From positions 47,370,001-47,434,000 of the forward strand of contig CM052816.1 of NCBI GenBank assembly GCA_028534125.1: 64,000 nt of DNA, read 5' to 3'. Source of the stretch: Lama glama. Lineage: Eukaryota. Below are positions 52,880-64,000 of this stretch, piece by piece (the first letter of the stretch is position 1; each line of letters opens with the position of its first letter). The position numbers and the translations under genes were made by a program. A model generated the notes under the pieces. The model ran no database searches, was not told the DNA's origin, and saw only the letters and a program-made list of their open reading frames with translations.

Positions 52880-53825
52880 TGCCCCCTGTCTGTCAACACT
52901 ACCCTGATATTTCTTTGAGCAGCCACTTCTCACCAACTATAAATTTATGTGTTTTGGGGGGGTTGATCTGGTCACTCTGCCCCAAAGAGGACCACAGTCA
53001 TCAGGCCTGGTCAGTCAGAGTTACAGTGGTCCAGGGATATGCATGTTATCCAGGACTTTTGAGAAAAAGTACACTTTCTCTTTCAGGTAGTAGAATATAA
53101 TAGTGGACTTCTTTGCTACCTGATAGAGAAAGCCTTATTATGGGAGCCAGTTCTCCACAGGTCTCCCCCATTTTTCTGCACATCTTGTGGACAAAGTACT
53201 GATTACTCTTTGTTCAATATTATTTTGTTCTACCATAATTTTACTTTGTTCCACTATATTTTTAAAATGTGTTTCCTCAGTAAACAGTCTTGGGAAGAGA
53301 GAGTTAGAGATCAAGAGCAAAGGCAAGGAATGCTTACTGCCCATTATAAAAGATTCAGGTTCCCTAAGCTTGGGGTTCCTCTCCTGCACCACAGCACACT
53401 GGCTGTGCAGGCATCTATGTGTCACCCTTGTGGGATTTAGGGATAAGGTGGATTCACAGAAATATGCTCATGTTTGTGCTGCTGACTGTTCCATGAGTGA
53501 TAAAGTCCTTTTTCTCCAGTTTGGGACTCTCATGTCTTTTGTTAGCATCATGTAACCGAGGTAGGTTAACCTGTTAGCTTATAGGCAGGTTAAAAATCTC
53601 AGACTCTTTTCATTATCCCATGCTTCAATAAATCAATTTAGAGGTGTCTAGAAAGATATATATAGAGAGAAGTTTATGACAATATTTTTTAAACACCTTG
53701 ATCAAATTTTGACAGACTCCAGATACCTCTCTCTATACTCCTCAGTTATATCAGCAAACCATTTCCTTTCTTGCTTAAACTTTCTTAAATTTTTGTCACT
53801 TGCAACCAGAGAATACTGATTAATC
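52880..53825 (+). mobile_element. MLT1 (MaLR; MLT1J/K/L-like) LTR split by an ERV1 LTR
   Basis: The 3' end tcagttata...ttcctttcttgcttaaac...tgtcacttgcaaccagagaatactgattaat is MLT1-like. The 5' part is more degenerate. Confidence 0.6.
53139..53612 (+). mobile_element. ERV1-class solo LTR (MER89/MER90-like, subfamily uncertain)
   Basis: Starts TATGGGAG (TG decayed) and ends ...TTCA. 4-bp TSD TTAT at 53135-53138 and 53613-53616. TATAAAA at ~53345, decayed poly(A) signal GATAAA at ~53500. Confidence 0.8.
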
Positions 53826-54419
53826 TTGATATCTGAGAACTATCTAATAATTTATTTTAACTGAAAGTGTAAGAGACAGGAGAGGAATTACTGAAAGATT
53901 AAAAGTGGATTTCTAGAATAGCTGTGGATTTGACTTGCAAAGAATTGAAAGAGTGGGATCTTCCTTATAGACTGCACACATTTAATTTTTGAATATACGT
54001 ATGGTAATTTTGTTCTAGTGTGTTTTTGCACATACTCAATTAGTGAAAAATATATATAGGTCTTTAATTATAATTCATTTTGAGAAGGAACAGATATTTA
54101 CCCATAAGCATATGCAAGTCGAGTGAACTACCTGAAGCCCCACTGTGGTCTGAGAGTAAACCATAGTTTATATGATTGTCTTTAAGGCTCCATATCTTCT
54201 TTTCTGGCATATTTCACTTCAAGGTGTATTATTGGGAAAATTAAAAAAAAAAGATGAACATTAATTACATAAAGTAACCTAAAATTTGATATACATATTT
54301 TAAACAAAATGATAGTCTATAAACTCAAGGGTTTCATTTTTTAAGTAAGGGACAAGATATATTTGATATTATGAAAGGAGCATTAAGCTTAAAATAATTC
54401 TACCTGCGTTTTTACCGAA

Positions 54420-54580
54420 ATATTGGGTAAGACAAAAATTTTCAAAGTCTTAGCTTTCTTACGTATAGATTGGAATAGTTATCCTATCTTCACAAAGTGA
54501 CTGAGGATTAAGTGAATTAGATTATGTGAATGTGCTTAGCAAGTACTTGGAAGACAGATAGGAGGTACTTTATAATATTT
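54420..54580 (+). mobile_element. MIR fragment
   Basis: cctatcttcacaaagtgactgaggattaagtgaattag...tgtgaatgtgcttagc. Confidence 0.6.
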
Positions 54581-54829
54581 CCTTTCCTTTCCTTTGTATG
54601 AGGTGCAGATGTTAAGAGGAGTTTTAGAAGTACTCAAAATGAAGTGATTTTTAAAAGAATAGATCTTTATCTTTTTGAAATACATTCTGAAATTCTTCAG
54701 ATAAGTGCATCTGAAAGATTAATATATGCTATATGAAAGAGTGGTGAGTGGTGGGGGCTTGCTTGCTTTCCCAAATACTAAAACATAGTATAGAAAAAAA
54801 AACAATTAAGAGTGTAATATGCATATAAA

Positions 54830-55960
54830 TCAACACTCAGATCAGAGGAAGTGACTAGATAATCTTAAAAAACAAATGCTAATATGTAAACTAACCTATA
54901 CAATGAAACAAATAGGAAAGAAATATAATTCAACAATTGTTAGAAAAATTGGCTCTTTAGAGAGGAAATCAAACCATTACATAATTCACCATGATTGATA
55001 AATTTAATTTATCATGAATTTTCATTTAGACCTAGAAAAAAAAAATTCTTAAAATGGCCAGGGAATTCTTAAGCATAAAAGCAGTGGGAAAAACCACAAA
55101 GGGAAATATTTAGTAATTTGACCACATGTAAACATAATACTTATGTATATCAAAATATAAATAGAAAGAACTAGGAACATTTTTGCAACAAATATGACAA
55201 AAGTAAAGAATTCTTACAAACGATTTGGAAATAAAAACTCAGTGGAAAAATGAATAAAGGTCATGTACAGCCATGTAATCAAGAAACAAAAACAAAGGGC
55301 CTAGAAATGTGGAAGAAAATTGAAGAAATACTAATAAAGTGGGATTATTTTCATTACTGCTAGAAAGTTTGTAGTGCTCCAGATTGCTGATAGGTGAGCA
55401 AACTGATAACAAATGTTCCTTAAAGAAATGTGTTAATATACATTAAGAAACTTAAAGGTTTATATTATCTCCCTAATCCTAAATCTAAATTCTATCCATA
55501 GCCATAACCACAATTTCCTAAACTACTTTTAGCAATCTATTCAAATAAAAAATTAGTAATTCTCATCCAATTTAATATGTTTATTATAGCTTGATTTATA
55601 ATAGAAAGGCAGGCAATGAAAATAATATAAATACAATGAAATAGTTAAATACTACATACATATGCAAAAAACTTCATGCCAGCAATGAAGAGTTTAGTTT
55701 TCAAGAGTCATCTGGGGAAATGTTCATGATATAATACTAAATGAAGTACAAAAGCAAACATGACATGGACAAAAACATAACTGACACCCATCATGACCCA
55801 AAAGAAAATGCACTTATAAAGAAAGGGAAGAATTGTACCCAAATGAGATCATGCTTATTTTAAAATGGTAACATTATAGGTGGTTTTTAGTTTATAGTTT
55901 ATAATTGTTTATTTCCCAATTTTTTAAAATGTGATATGTTTCTGTAACTAGGAAAAAAAT
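54830..55960 (+). mobile_element. Ancient L1ME-type ORF2 3'/3'UTR remnants
   Basis: A-rich, with motifs such as attcttaagcataaaagc, aacatttttgcaacaaatatgacaa, cagtggaaaaatgaataaagg, ggaaatgttcatgatataat. Confidence 0.6.
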
Positions 55961-57519
55961 CAATATTTTAAAAATCAAGTACTCAAATAAGAAACAAACA
56001 TTTTTCTCATGGATGAAATCAATTCATCTATAAAACTTTGTACTTCTCAAATTTCAGAGTACCTAATAAGGTGCGAAGGACTAATTTGACTTTATGCTAT
56101 AAAGGTTCAAAAATGAAATGCACACTATATGCTTGTGATATGAATATTTCTAATACTGGAACCACCAACAGAGAGTACATTATTTTGCATATTTTAGCTC
56201 TTTTCTCTTAGCATTACATGACCTTATGCTTGATTTGCATAATTTAAATGACTCCTTTGAGTGGCATGTAGTTGCATAATTATTCTTTTAATTACTGTTA
56301 TTAACCTGTTTGTGTAATAGCGGATAATTTGAATAGATCATTTTCATCTTTCAAATTTTATAGTTTCATATGCAATATAGATAGATTATATCAAAATGGC
56401 AAAATTATATGAATAGACATAAAGAAAACTGTAGAAGGATCTTTAGGATCATAGATCTGTCTTTTTCCCAAATAAGCATAAAGAAGAATCTACATTATTT
56501 GTCTGAAAGCATCAAAAGTTAATATTTAACTGCTAAATCTTCTGTAATTGTGGCAAGCCATCTGCAACAAAAAAAGGAACATAAATTCAATTGTTTGATT
56601 CTGTTGAATGATATAATTTTCTTCTTATCTTTTAAAATAATCTTTCTTATATAATGAACCTGAGAAGAAAATCATATATTAGTAAAGTACATACACTCAA
56701 TTCTAGATAACGATGTAAAAATTATATTCAAAGTAAAATAAATTTTGATACTATATTTTCTTGAGTTGTCTAAAAGCAAAATAATTTGTTACTTGTGAGA
56801 ATTCTTAAAAGTTAAATTATTTAGCAACCATTCCCAGTCTTCGATTTATTAACACAAATAATACAGCTCAGAATTACAGGGCATGTCAGATCCTTTAACT
56901 TTCCTTATTTATCTTCCAAATAGTTGAGGCATAAGGATTGTGGAGGTAAGGCAGATGTCTGATACCCCATGAGGCACAGAATGTGGTTTTGTAACTTGGG
57001 ATCAGAAGGGACTGGGCAGCTTAGGCTGGGATGTTACAGCTGTCACCTCTTCCTACAATTAACTAACATTTCTTTAAAATCTCCTACATTTTGCCATAAG
57101 GAAGCATCTAATGGGCCATAATTGAAGTCAATTTTGTTTTCTTTGTGCATACGTATATGTCAGGTGTCATAAAGACAATCAAGAAATAGAAGGCAGGGTC
57201 CTGTCTCTGGTTACAAAGAACTTACAGTTCCATCAGGGGAGGCCCACCATTGTGCATACCTTGTGTTTCCAAATAACAACAGAATAGAATCGTGTGCTTT
57301 TGAGTATCAAAATGTGTGGTATAAACAATAGGTTCCCCCAAACAACTCACTGCAGGAAGATACCAGTGCATTCAGAGTAAAAGCAAATGGAGGGGGTTTT
57401 GTTAAGGTGAAAGGGCCAGGGCTCACCAGGACCAGTGGGCATCCAGAGTCAAGGTACAGAAGTGAGAACACAGTTAGAATCAATTATACTAAAAAGAGTA
57501 ATTGTCTACTTGAGTCAGA

Positions 57520-57850
57520 AAATCTTCCTAGAGATATCCCTTTCTCTCCTAACATCTTAATTCCAATAAATTACCAAAACTGTTAATTCTGTCTCTTTAA
57601 TCTCTCTCTCACCTGTACTCCTGTATCATGTCATCCTTAGAGCTCTTGCCTTAATTTAGTACCCCATTAGCACTCAACTCAGCTATGATAATAGTCTTTT
57701 AACTGACCTCATGCTTAGTGTTTCGGATCCTCATAAATCCATCCTATTTTCTGTTGTTAATATGATCGTTGTAAGGTGCAAATCATGACCATGTTAATCC
57801 CCTGATTAAAACTCTGATCTCCTCACATTAGCTCTAATGCTGAAGTATAT
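57520..57850 (+). mobile_element. LINE-2 fragment
   Basis: aatagtcttttaactgacctc...aaatcatgaccatgttaatcccctgattaaaac. Confidence 0.6.
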
Positions 57851-58035
57851 GGAATTGCTGATTTTGGACTGGTTTAGAGGAATTTTATAATAGAACTGCT
57901 TAGAACCTGTATCACAAGACTTTGGGCTGCAAGTAACAGAATATCCAACTAAAAATGGCTTAAAAATGAAAACTTTAATTGTCTCATATAGAGAATACTT
58001 ATATCCTTCAAGATGTGCTTCATACCTTGTTTTTT

Positions 58036-58295
58036 CCTTTTCTTTTTTTTAATTTATTTTTTTTATTGAAGTGTGGTTGATTTGTTAGTTTTAGGTGTAC
58101 AGCAAAGCAATTCAGTTATACATATACATACACATTGTTTTCAGATTCTTCTCTATCATATGTTATTACAAGAAACTGAATATAGTTCCCTGTGCTATTT
58201 AGTAGGTCCTTGATGTCTATGTATTTTATATACAGTAATGTGTATCTGTTAACCCTAAACTCCTTATTTATACCACCCCTTCCCTTTCCCCCTTG
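58036..58295 (-). mobile_element. Short cetartiodactyl-type L1 3' end with TSD
   Basis: ttttattgaagtgtggttga...aatatagttccctgtgctatttagtaggtcc. TSD cataccttgtttttt (58021-58035) and cataccttgcttttt (58296-58310), 1 mismatch in 15. Confidence 0.9.
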
Positions 58296-60957
58296 CATAC
58301 CTTGCTTTTTTTGACTTCCTTCTCATTTTTCCTTTCCCTAGGTATAATAAACATGTACTCTTCCTAGTAAGAGCATTTATTATTAAAGGTTATTATTCAA
58401 CCTATCATAACATTTAGTGTCTTCCTCTTATAATAACCTCCAGTTCTTTGAGGAGCCATCCCTGATTCATCTCCATATTTCCAGAGCCTTGCAAAGTGGA
58501 TGAAGAGAATGAATAAATGGCTAGATGGATGAGCAAATAATTGACTAAATGGGATGCAGTAGATCTTATACCTTAGTTGTAGGGATGCAATATAACTGTC
58601 CCCATTACTTGCCCCACACCATATGTTACAGATTGGAAATTCTCAGAACAACACATCCTTTCTCTAGATTGCTCCAAATGAGTACATGATAACTGAGGTT
58701 GTTGCAAAAATGACTATCTTCTTGTTTTCCGGTCTGACAATGTAAGTACAAATTAATATCAATATCATGATATTGATTGTGTAACTTGCCATCCAGAAGT
58801 AACCAATGTAAATCAGTGCCCTCAAAACACACTAGTCATCCCATATAAATATTGCAACCATTTGAATTTATATTTGTACTCAAATAATGCTGTCTGCAAT
58901 GAACTTGGATTAGGTTAGTGCTAAAGTTTAGCGAAATATTCACTAATGTTTCCAGAAAGTACTTTTGAAATTACTAGCTAATATTCCCTGCAATATTTGT
59001 TAATAAAAAAGTGAGACTTGCTTCATTCAAAAGATGCTTATCTAAAGACATGTAAATATTGTGTGTTACAGAAAATTGTTATTTATTATTACTACATCTT
59101 AAATTTTATGTTGAAAGCCTCCTGTGATAGAGTAAAACAATAAGGAACTGGATTCTGAGAGCACACATTAATATCAAATGAAATAGTCATGCAGATTATC
59201 AACCCTATAGTGGTCATAAGGTTATACAATATATTTGCATTCCATAAAACGTCTTACAGTATATGCCTAATGATTTGTTGTCTTTTTCAGATTAATAGAA
59301 TAACATGTTTGTCATCTTTCTACAGTTCTAAGCATCATATAAAACATGTGTGGATCCCCAAGAGGTTTTGCTGAGGTTCTTCTAGCTTGTACTCAAAAGA
59401 AATTTCCCTAGTCAGAGTTGCATATAATAGAGTAAATTTATGATTTCTAAAATAGATTTCCATTTCTAACACTCAGGGAAGTACAGTGGAGTCAGAGGTG
59501 TCTGGCCTTACTTATTAATTCTACCTCTCCAACTCCCTCTTTGAGTATCATACTTTTTTTTCCCTGCTGAGAATTTTGCAGAGGTGAGTGCTGAAAAGTG
59601 TATACCCAAGTCTTGCATTACATAATAGAACACACAGTTAGACATTTTATGTGGGCTACAAAAATCCAGTGACTCTCAGAGTGCAGAAAGTTAGCACCAG
59701 GATGAACAGGATATTCCAAGGTGACTTCTTATAAAGTGGAAGGATGTGTATATGTGGCCACACACATGTCCACTATTATAAGCAAAACTACCAACCGGCA
59801 ATTTCACTATAAAAGATGGCCCAACAATTAAGTACCCAGTTTCTATCTCTTACTGATGACTTTATGTTCAGAAAGTTTAGGTTAATTAGCAGTCATCTAA
59901 TATATGGCAAATTGGAGGAACCACCCAAATCCAGGGAGTGACTCAGGAACTTAGGAAATATCTATGGGAGGAGAAAAATTCACAGCTAATTTGATGAAAT
60001 CACACAACTTAGCAATTTCACCCAACAAGCAGTATCACTGTGAATGTCTAACCCCTCCCCCTATACTGTTCAGATCAGGAATCAGGAGAGACAACATCAA
60101 GCCAGAACAAGGAAGGGCTAGAACCAAAATTTATCCTACATTCAAAGTCAGGAGGAGATGAGGATCTGCTGCCCAGTCAAGACTAGGGTATATGGATATG
60201 TCATGTGTCATAGAATATATATAGAGGAAGAATCTGAAACAAGTATAAGACAACCAGTGACATGGAACACATAAGAGTCCCTTTGAACAAGTCTGAAGTT
60301 GTGTCAGAGATTCAGGTTGTCAGTCCAGGTATAGAAAGGGGCTACAGGCAGCCACAGCAGGTAATAATAAGACTCATTCATGGAGAGTTTGGGAGCCAAA
60401 GTCACAACAGTCAGCCACAGGGTTGCTTTAATGGCGAGTGATCTTAGCAGCTGGAGCCCCTTTTTCCCAATGTCTGGTCAGAGTTAGTCCCACTAGGGCC
60501 TCCTGCTGAGCCTGTTATAGGCAGGAGAACCAGTGGAATGCAGAGGCTGGTACTGTCAGGTACCGCCAGTTTCTGAGGTACAGTGTCACCCTCCCCTCTG
60601 CCTTTCCACACTTGCCCAATCAGAATCTCTGGCTGCCATCCTCCTTCATCATCTATCCCTGGCCCTCCCCCCAACTCCTGCCACCTACTCTTTTTTGAGT
60701 TTCTCCCTACATCGCTAATGAAAATGCTCCTAGAATTACCATGGAAATGGATAAGGTATTTTCTTCTCTCCTGAATAGGGCAATGTTAACACAATTTCCC
60801 AACCAGCAATCTGTCTGCATCTTACCTGCAAATGGCTCTAAACCATCTTTCAGATTTCCAGCAGACTGTTGGGCTCACTAATATGTCCATTTTGCTATTT
60901 AATTCCCTTGCCTCCTTGTTTTCCAGAAAATCTGCAATTTCTCTTCTTCCTCTCCAA

Positions 60958-61112
60958 CAAGTGTTCTTAATGTGAGTTCTATGAAGACATGTGATTCAGA
61001 TGATCCACAAATCTCTTGAAAATTGTAATTAAAATTTGGGGTATATTTCTGTGAATTTTTCTGAAAAGAGTCCACGATTTCCATTGGATTTTCAGTGAGG
61101 CTGGTGACATAA
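60958..61112. mobile_element. hAT-Charlie MITE remnant (MER103C/Charlie4z-like)
   Basis: gttcttaatgtgagttctatg...tgaaaattgtaattaaaattt...gagtccacgatttccattggattttca...gtgac. Confidence 0.55.
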
Positions 61113-61169
61113 GTTATTACACCTATTTTATTCATTGACTTCCTGTCATTTCCTTTCTAATAGGACAAT

Positions 61170-61400
61170 AGTGCTTATGGCATTTATAAAGCACTTTACA
61201 ACTTACAATATTCTTTAAATTACTCTTTCATGTCCATACTTTTATTTGAAACTCATGACTTTCCCCTGGGGAAGGCAGGTTTTTTTATATCCATTGTACA
61301 GAAGGGGAAAGCAGACTCAGAGGGTTAAAGGACCATGCTTCTAAGTATACAACAGGGCAGAGCTGGTACCAGGGCCCAAGAATCTTGACTCTTGATCTAA
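61170..61400 (-). mobile_element. MIR fragment
   Basis: catttataaagcactttaca...ccattgtacagaaggggaaagcagactcagagggttaaagga. A further plus-strand MIR lies at ~61690-61830. Confidence 0.7.
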
Positions 61401-62664
61401 GAGCGAAGAGTTGGGGTTTTGCATGTCCAAGCCATTTACTACCTACTTGAGACATTTCCTTCTTTGAGCTACATTTTTCCCTCTTTAATATTGCCTTTGA
61501 TTTTGATAGTACACAAAAGAGTTGGTGTACATTTTATCTAGATTTCCTCTATTTCCAAATGGAGGGCTACTGTGTAATGTGGTTTTTCTGTGGAGTCTGA
61601 GTCTCTTTTAGTATATTTAGAAGCAAATAATTCACTGATTTAAAACATAAGACAGAAGATCTTCAAGGAGCTAAATATGTCTCTGGTTTAGATTTGCCAA
61701 GTGACCTTAGGCAAAACACCTAAACTTTCTTTCTCAATTAATCTGTGAAATGGAGTTAAAATATTATCTTGTACCAGTAAAGTAACAGTTAACAACTCAT
61801 TGAACACTTAGAGATTTGCGTGTACTATGTAAATAAAAATGTTGAGCAGGTCAGTGTTTTCTGGGCCAAATTAATAAAAAAAAAATTCTTGTGAGTACAA
61901 GATTGAATGTGTAATTCATTTCCTGATTAGACTGTTTGTAAAAGAAATCCACATTTTTTTCTGTATTTCTGGTTGATTATTTCTCCCGCTAAATTTACTG
62001 TCTCATCAAAGCAGTGTTTGTTCATTTGTAGAATCATTTAGCATGTATTGGACTATGGGGACCTGAGATGGAACTTTTCCCATTTAAGAAAATAGCCACT
62101 CTGTATTTAGATTCCTGTAGGGGACACTTTAGGAGAGTGATGTTGTTATATCATGCCTACAAATACTTCATCTGGGTTTGGAGTCTCTGATGTATCTGCT
62201 CATTCAAGATAGCGGCACTTAGCAATTCAACAAGATGTAAGTTGGCTAATAAACAAAGCCAGTATTCTCTGGGGGTTTGAACAACACTTCCTGTGTTTGA
62301 CTGTGGCTGCCCCGGAGTTGTTTTAAGCCCAGCACTGCTGGTGATGTTTCCCTTGGTGCACTGAACAGCTCATGCCATGTCAAAGGGCGTTGACCTTTTC
62401 ACTCGTAGAACAAAAAGACTGGAAACAAATTATGCTCTGAGAACTGGTCAAAGGATAACAAAAAGAAAGGGAGGGGGGAGAAGAAAAGAAGAAAAAGTGT
62501 TTCCCCCACACCCCAAAACAAGTGACGGACACAAATTCTAAGCTTTAGAGCATTATCTTAGGAGTATTAGCTCTTTAACCAACTTTTCTTTAAAGTGCAA
62601 CATGAGAATTTGCTTCAATTTACTCTGAAACCACCCACCTCCACCCTCTTGGCTCTCTTTGCAG

Positions 62665-63130
62665 AACACGATGAACCAACTACTGTTGTCTCCAAACCCC
62701 CCGCCCCCCTATCCAGCTGACTCTTCCAGTTTACGAGCTGTCCACCACGGAGCTGAGGCTGGGAGAGAGGATGACTCATCTGCAAGTTTCGCTCGTGGTC
62801 TCTGAGAGGAGATTCAGTGTGAAGAACTGGAGGATGCAGCATATCCAAACACATGCCAGGGGACAGAACTTGAGTGGGAGGAAGAGGACGGGGCAAAAAT
62901 AGAACCGTAATAAGCCAATTCTTACTGGAGGCCTGGCATAGCCTTTTCAGCTGTGTAGCTTCAGCAACACCTACAGTTCCCCGCCAAGAACGGCACGCCA
63001 TCCTGACACAGTGGAAATGAGGCATCCCTAGTGGTTTCCGCCGGAAGGAAAAAAGAAAAACAGAATACAAAAGCCGTACTTAATGTAAAAAGTAATCAAA
63101 AATAAAATAAACAAATGCTGCTGTGCTTCA
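62665..63130 (+). other. Candidate terminal exon (unverified)
   Basis: ctcttggctctctttgcag acceptor-like site ending at 62664, short open frames, then overlapping AATAAA hexamers at 63101-63111 followed by TG-rich sequence. No protein homology recognised. Confidence 0.2.
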
Positions 63131-64000
63131 CTATTGTATCACGCTGATGGAAAAGTGATTTCTCCTTAGAACAGTGAAATCAGACAACACGTGGCCAGGA
63201 GCTCCTTGGGCAGATAGCTGTGCTGGGTGGGCTGGTCACAGTCCTTAAGAAATTGCTGAGATGGGATCTTCCACAGCAAACCCTTCCATAGCAAGCAAGC
63301 CCCAGTTGAATTTGACACAATTCCTAGGGAACACTTTCTTCTTTCTCCCAACTATTCAAGGTGGGCTATGGAGATGCAATTATGATCTTAGGTGTAGAGT
63401 GTTCATCAGTTCATCAGTTTCTGCCCCGAGTCAGCATTTGAAAACAGTGATCACAAAAATTAACCATCAGAGGTCCAGGTCCCAGTAAATTCCATAGTGT
63501 GATCTAAGTAGCTTTCTTTTGCTTAAACTAGAACTTCCCTCAGGGTCTTTAACTGAATTGTTGTCTTTCTTCTTTTCTTGCTTTGTGGCTCTTTGTTTAT
63601 TAGTGTATCCCTCTTTCTGTGGCTATTCCTCAATTTCTCATGCCTATCAATCTCTTTTTCTTCTATCTTCTTTTAATTCAGTCTTTCCTCACCTATTTCC
63701 CCCAATTTCATTTATTTTCCTTAACTGATCATGACATAGAACTAATGATTATGTTTATGTAACTTGTAAATCTCTGCAGAAAGTTTCTTATTTTCTCTTC
63801 TTTAATAATCTATAATCAGTAAAACCAATATTTTACATTGCTTTCTTAAAAAAATCTTAAGTCATTGTTTCTTTGTACGAAACCTTGATTTCTTTTTTTC
63901 TCTTAGTAACACTTGATAGAAAAAGGAAAATTTTCCTCAATGCTAATATAAAAGCAAAATGGATTGTAGGAGTAAAGCAGCTCAAGTTGTCCAATTAACC

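Noticed and set aside
53187..53555. 122-aa ORF with a hydrophobic N-terminus
   Set aside because: Entirely within the ERV1 solo LTR; the hydrophobic stretch comes from the T-rich triplication.
63015..63050. Possible SECIS (ATGA...GGA) downstream of the in-frame TGA at 62803
   Set aside because: The helix is too short and there is no apical AA, so selenocysteine recoding is unsupported.
1..64000. Novel multi-gene, CRISPR-like or defence system
   Set aside because: Repeat-rich eukaryotic non-coding DNA with no operon, no repeat-spacer array and no ORF over 151 aa. The recognisable ORFs are transposon debris.

Overview
This is AT-rich, CpG-depleted mammalian genomic DNA, intronic or intergenic. 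It is probably from a camelid: there is a Vic-1-type tRNA-derived SINE at 49.3 kb, several cetartiodactyl-type L1 3' ends, and I saw no Alu, Bov-tA/BovB, PRE1 or SINEC. I cannot recognise any intact protein-coding gene. The ORF track is mostly chance ORFs, and the ones I can interpret are decayed L1 ORF2 and ERVL pol remnants. The window is dominated by fossil transposons: a 3.6 kb degenerate ERVL provirus with an LTR33-like LTR, many L1/L2/MIR fragments, hAT MITEs, and an ERV1 solo LTR nested in an MLT1. Three nested insertions have readable target-site duplications (TSDs). Two repeat-free, CpG-richer stretches (about 40.2-41.8 kb and 62.3-63.3 kb) look regulatory, and the second also has exon-like signals on both strands. 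I found no support for a novel multi-gene system. Repeat subfamily names come from my recall of consensus sequences, not from a search, and boundaries without TSDs are approximate (tens of bp).
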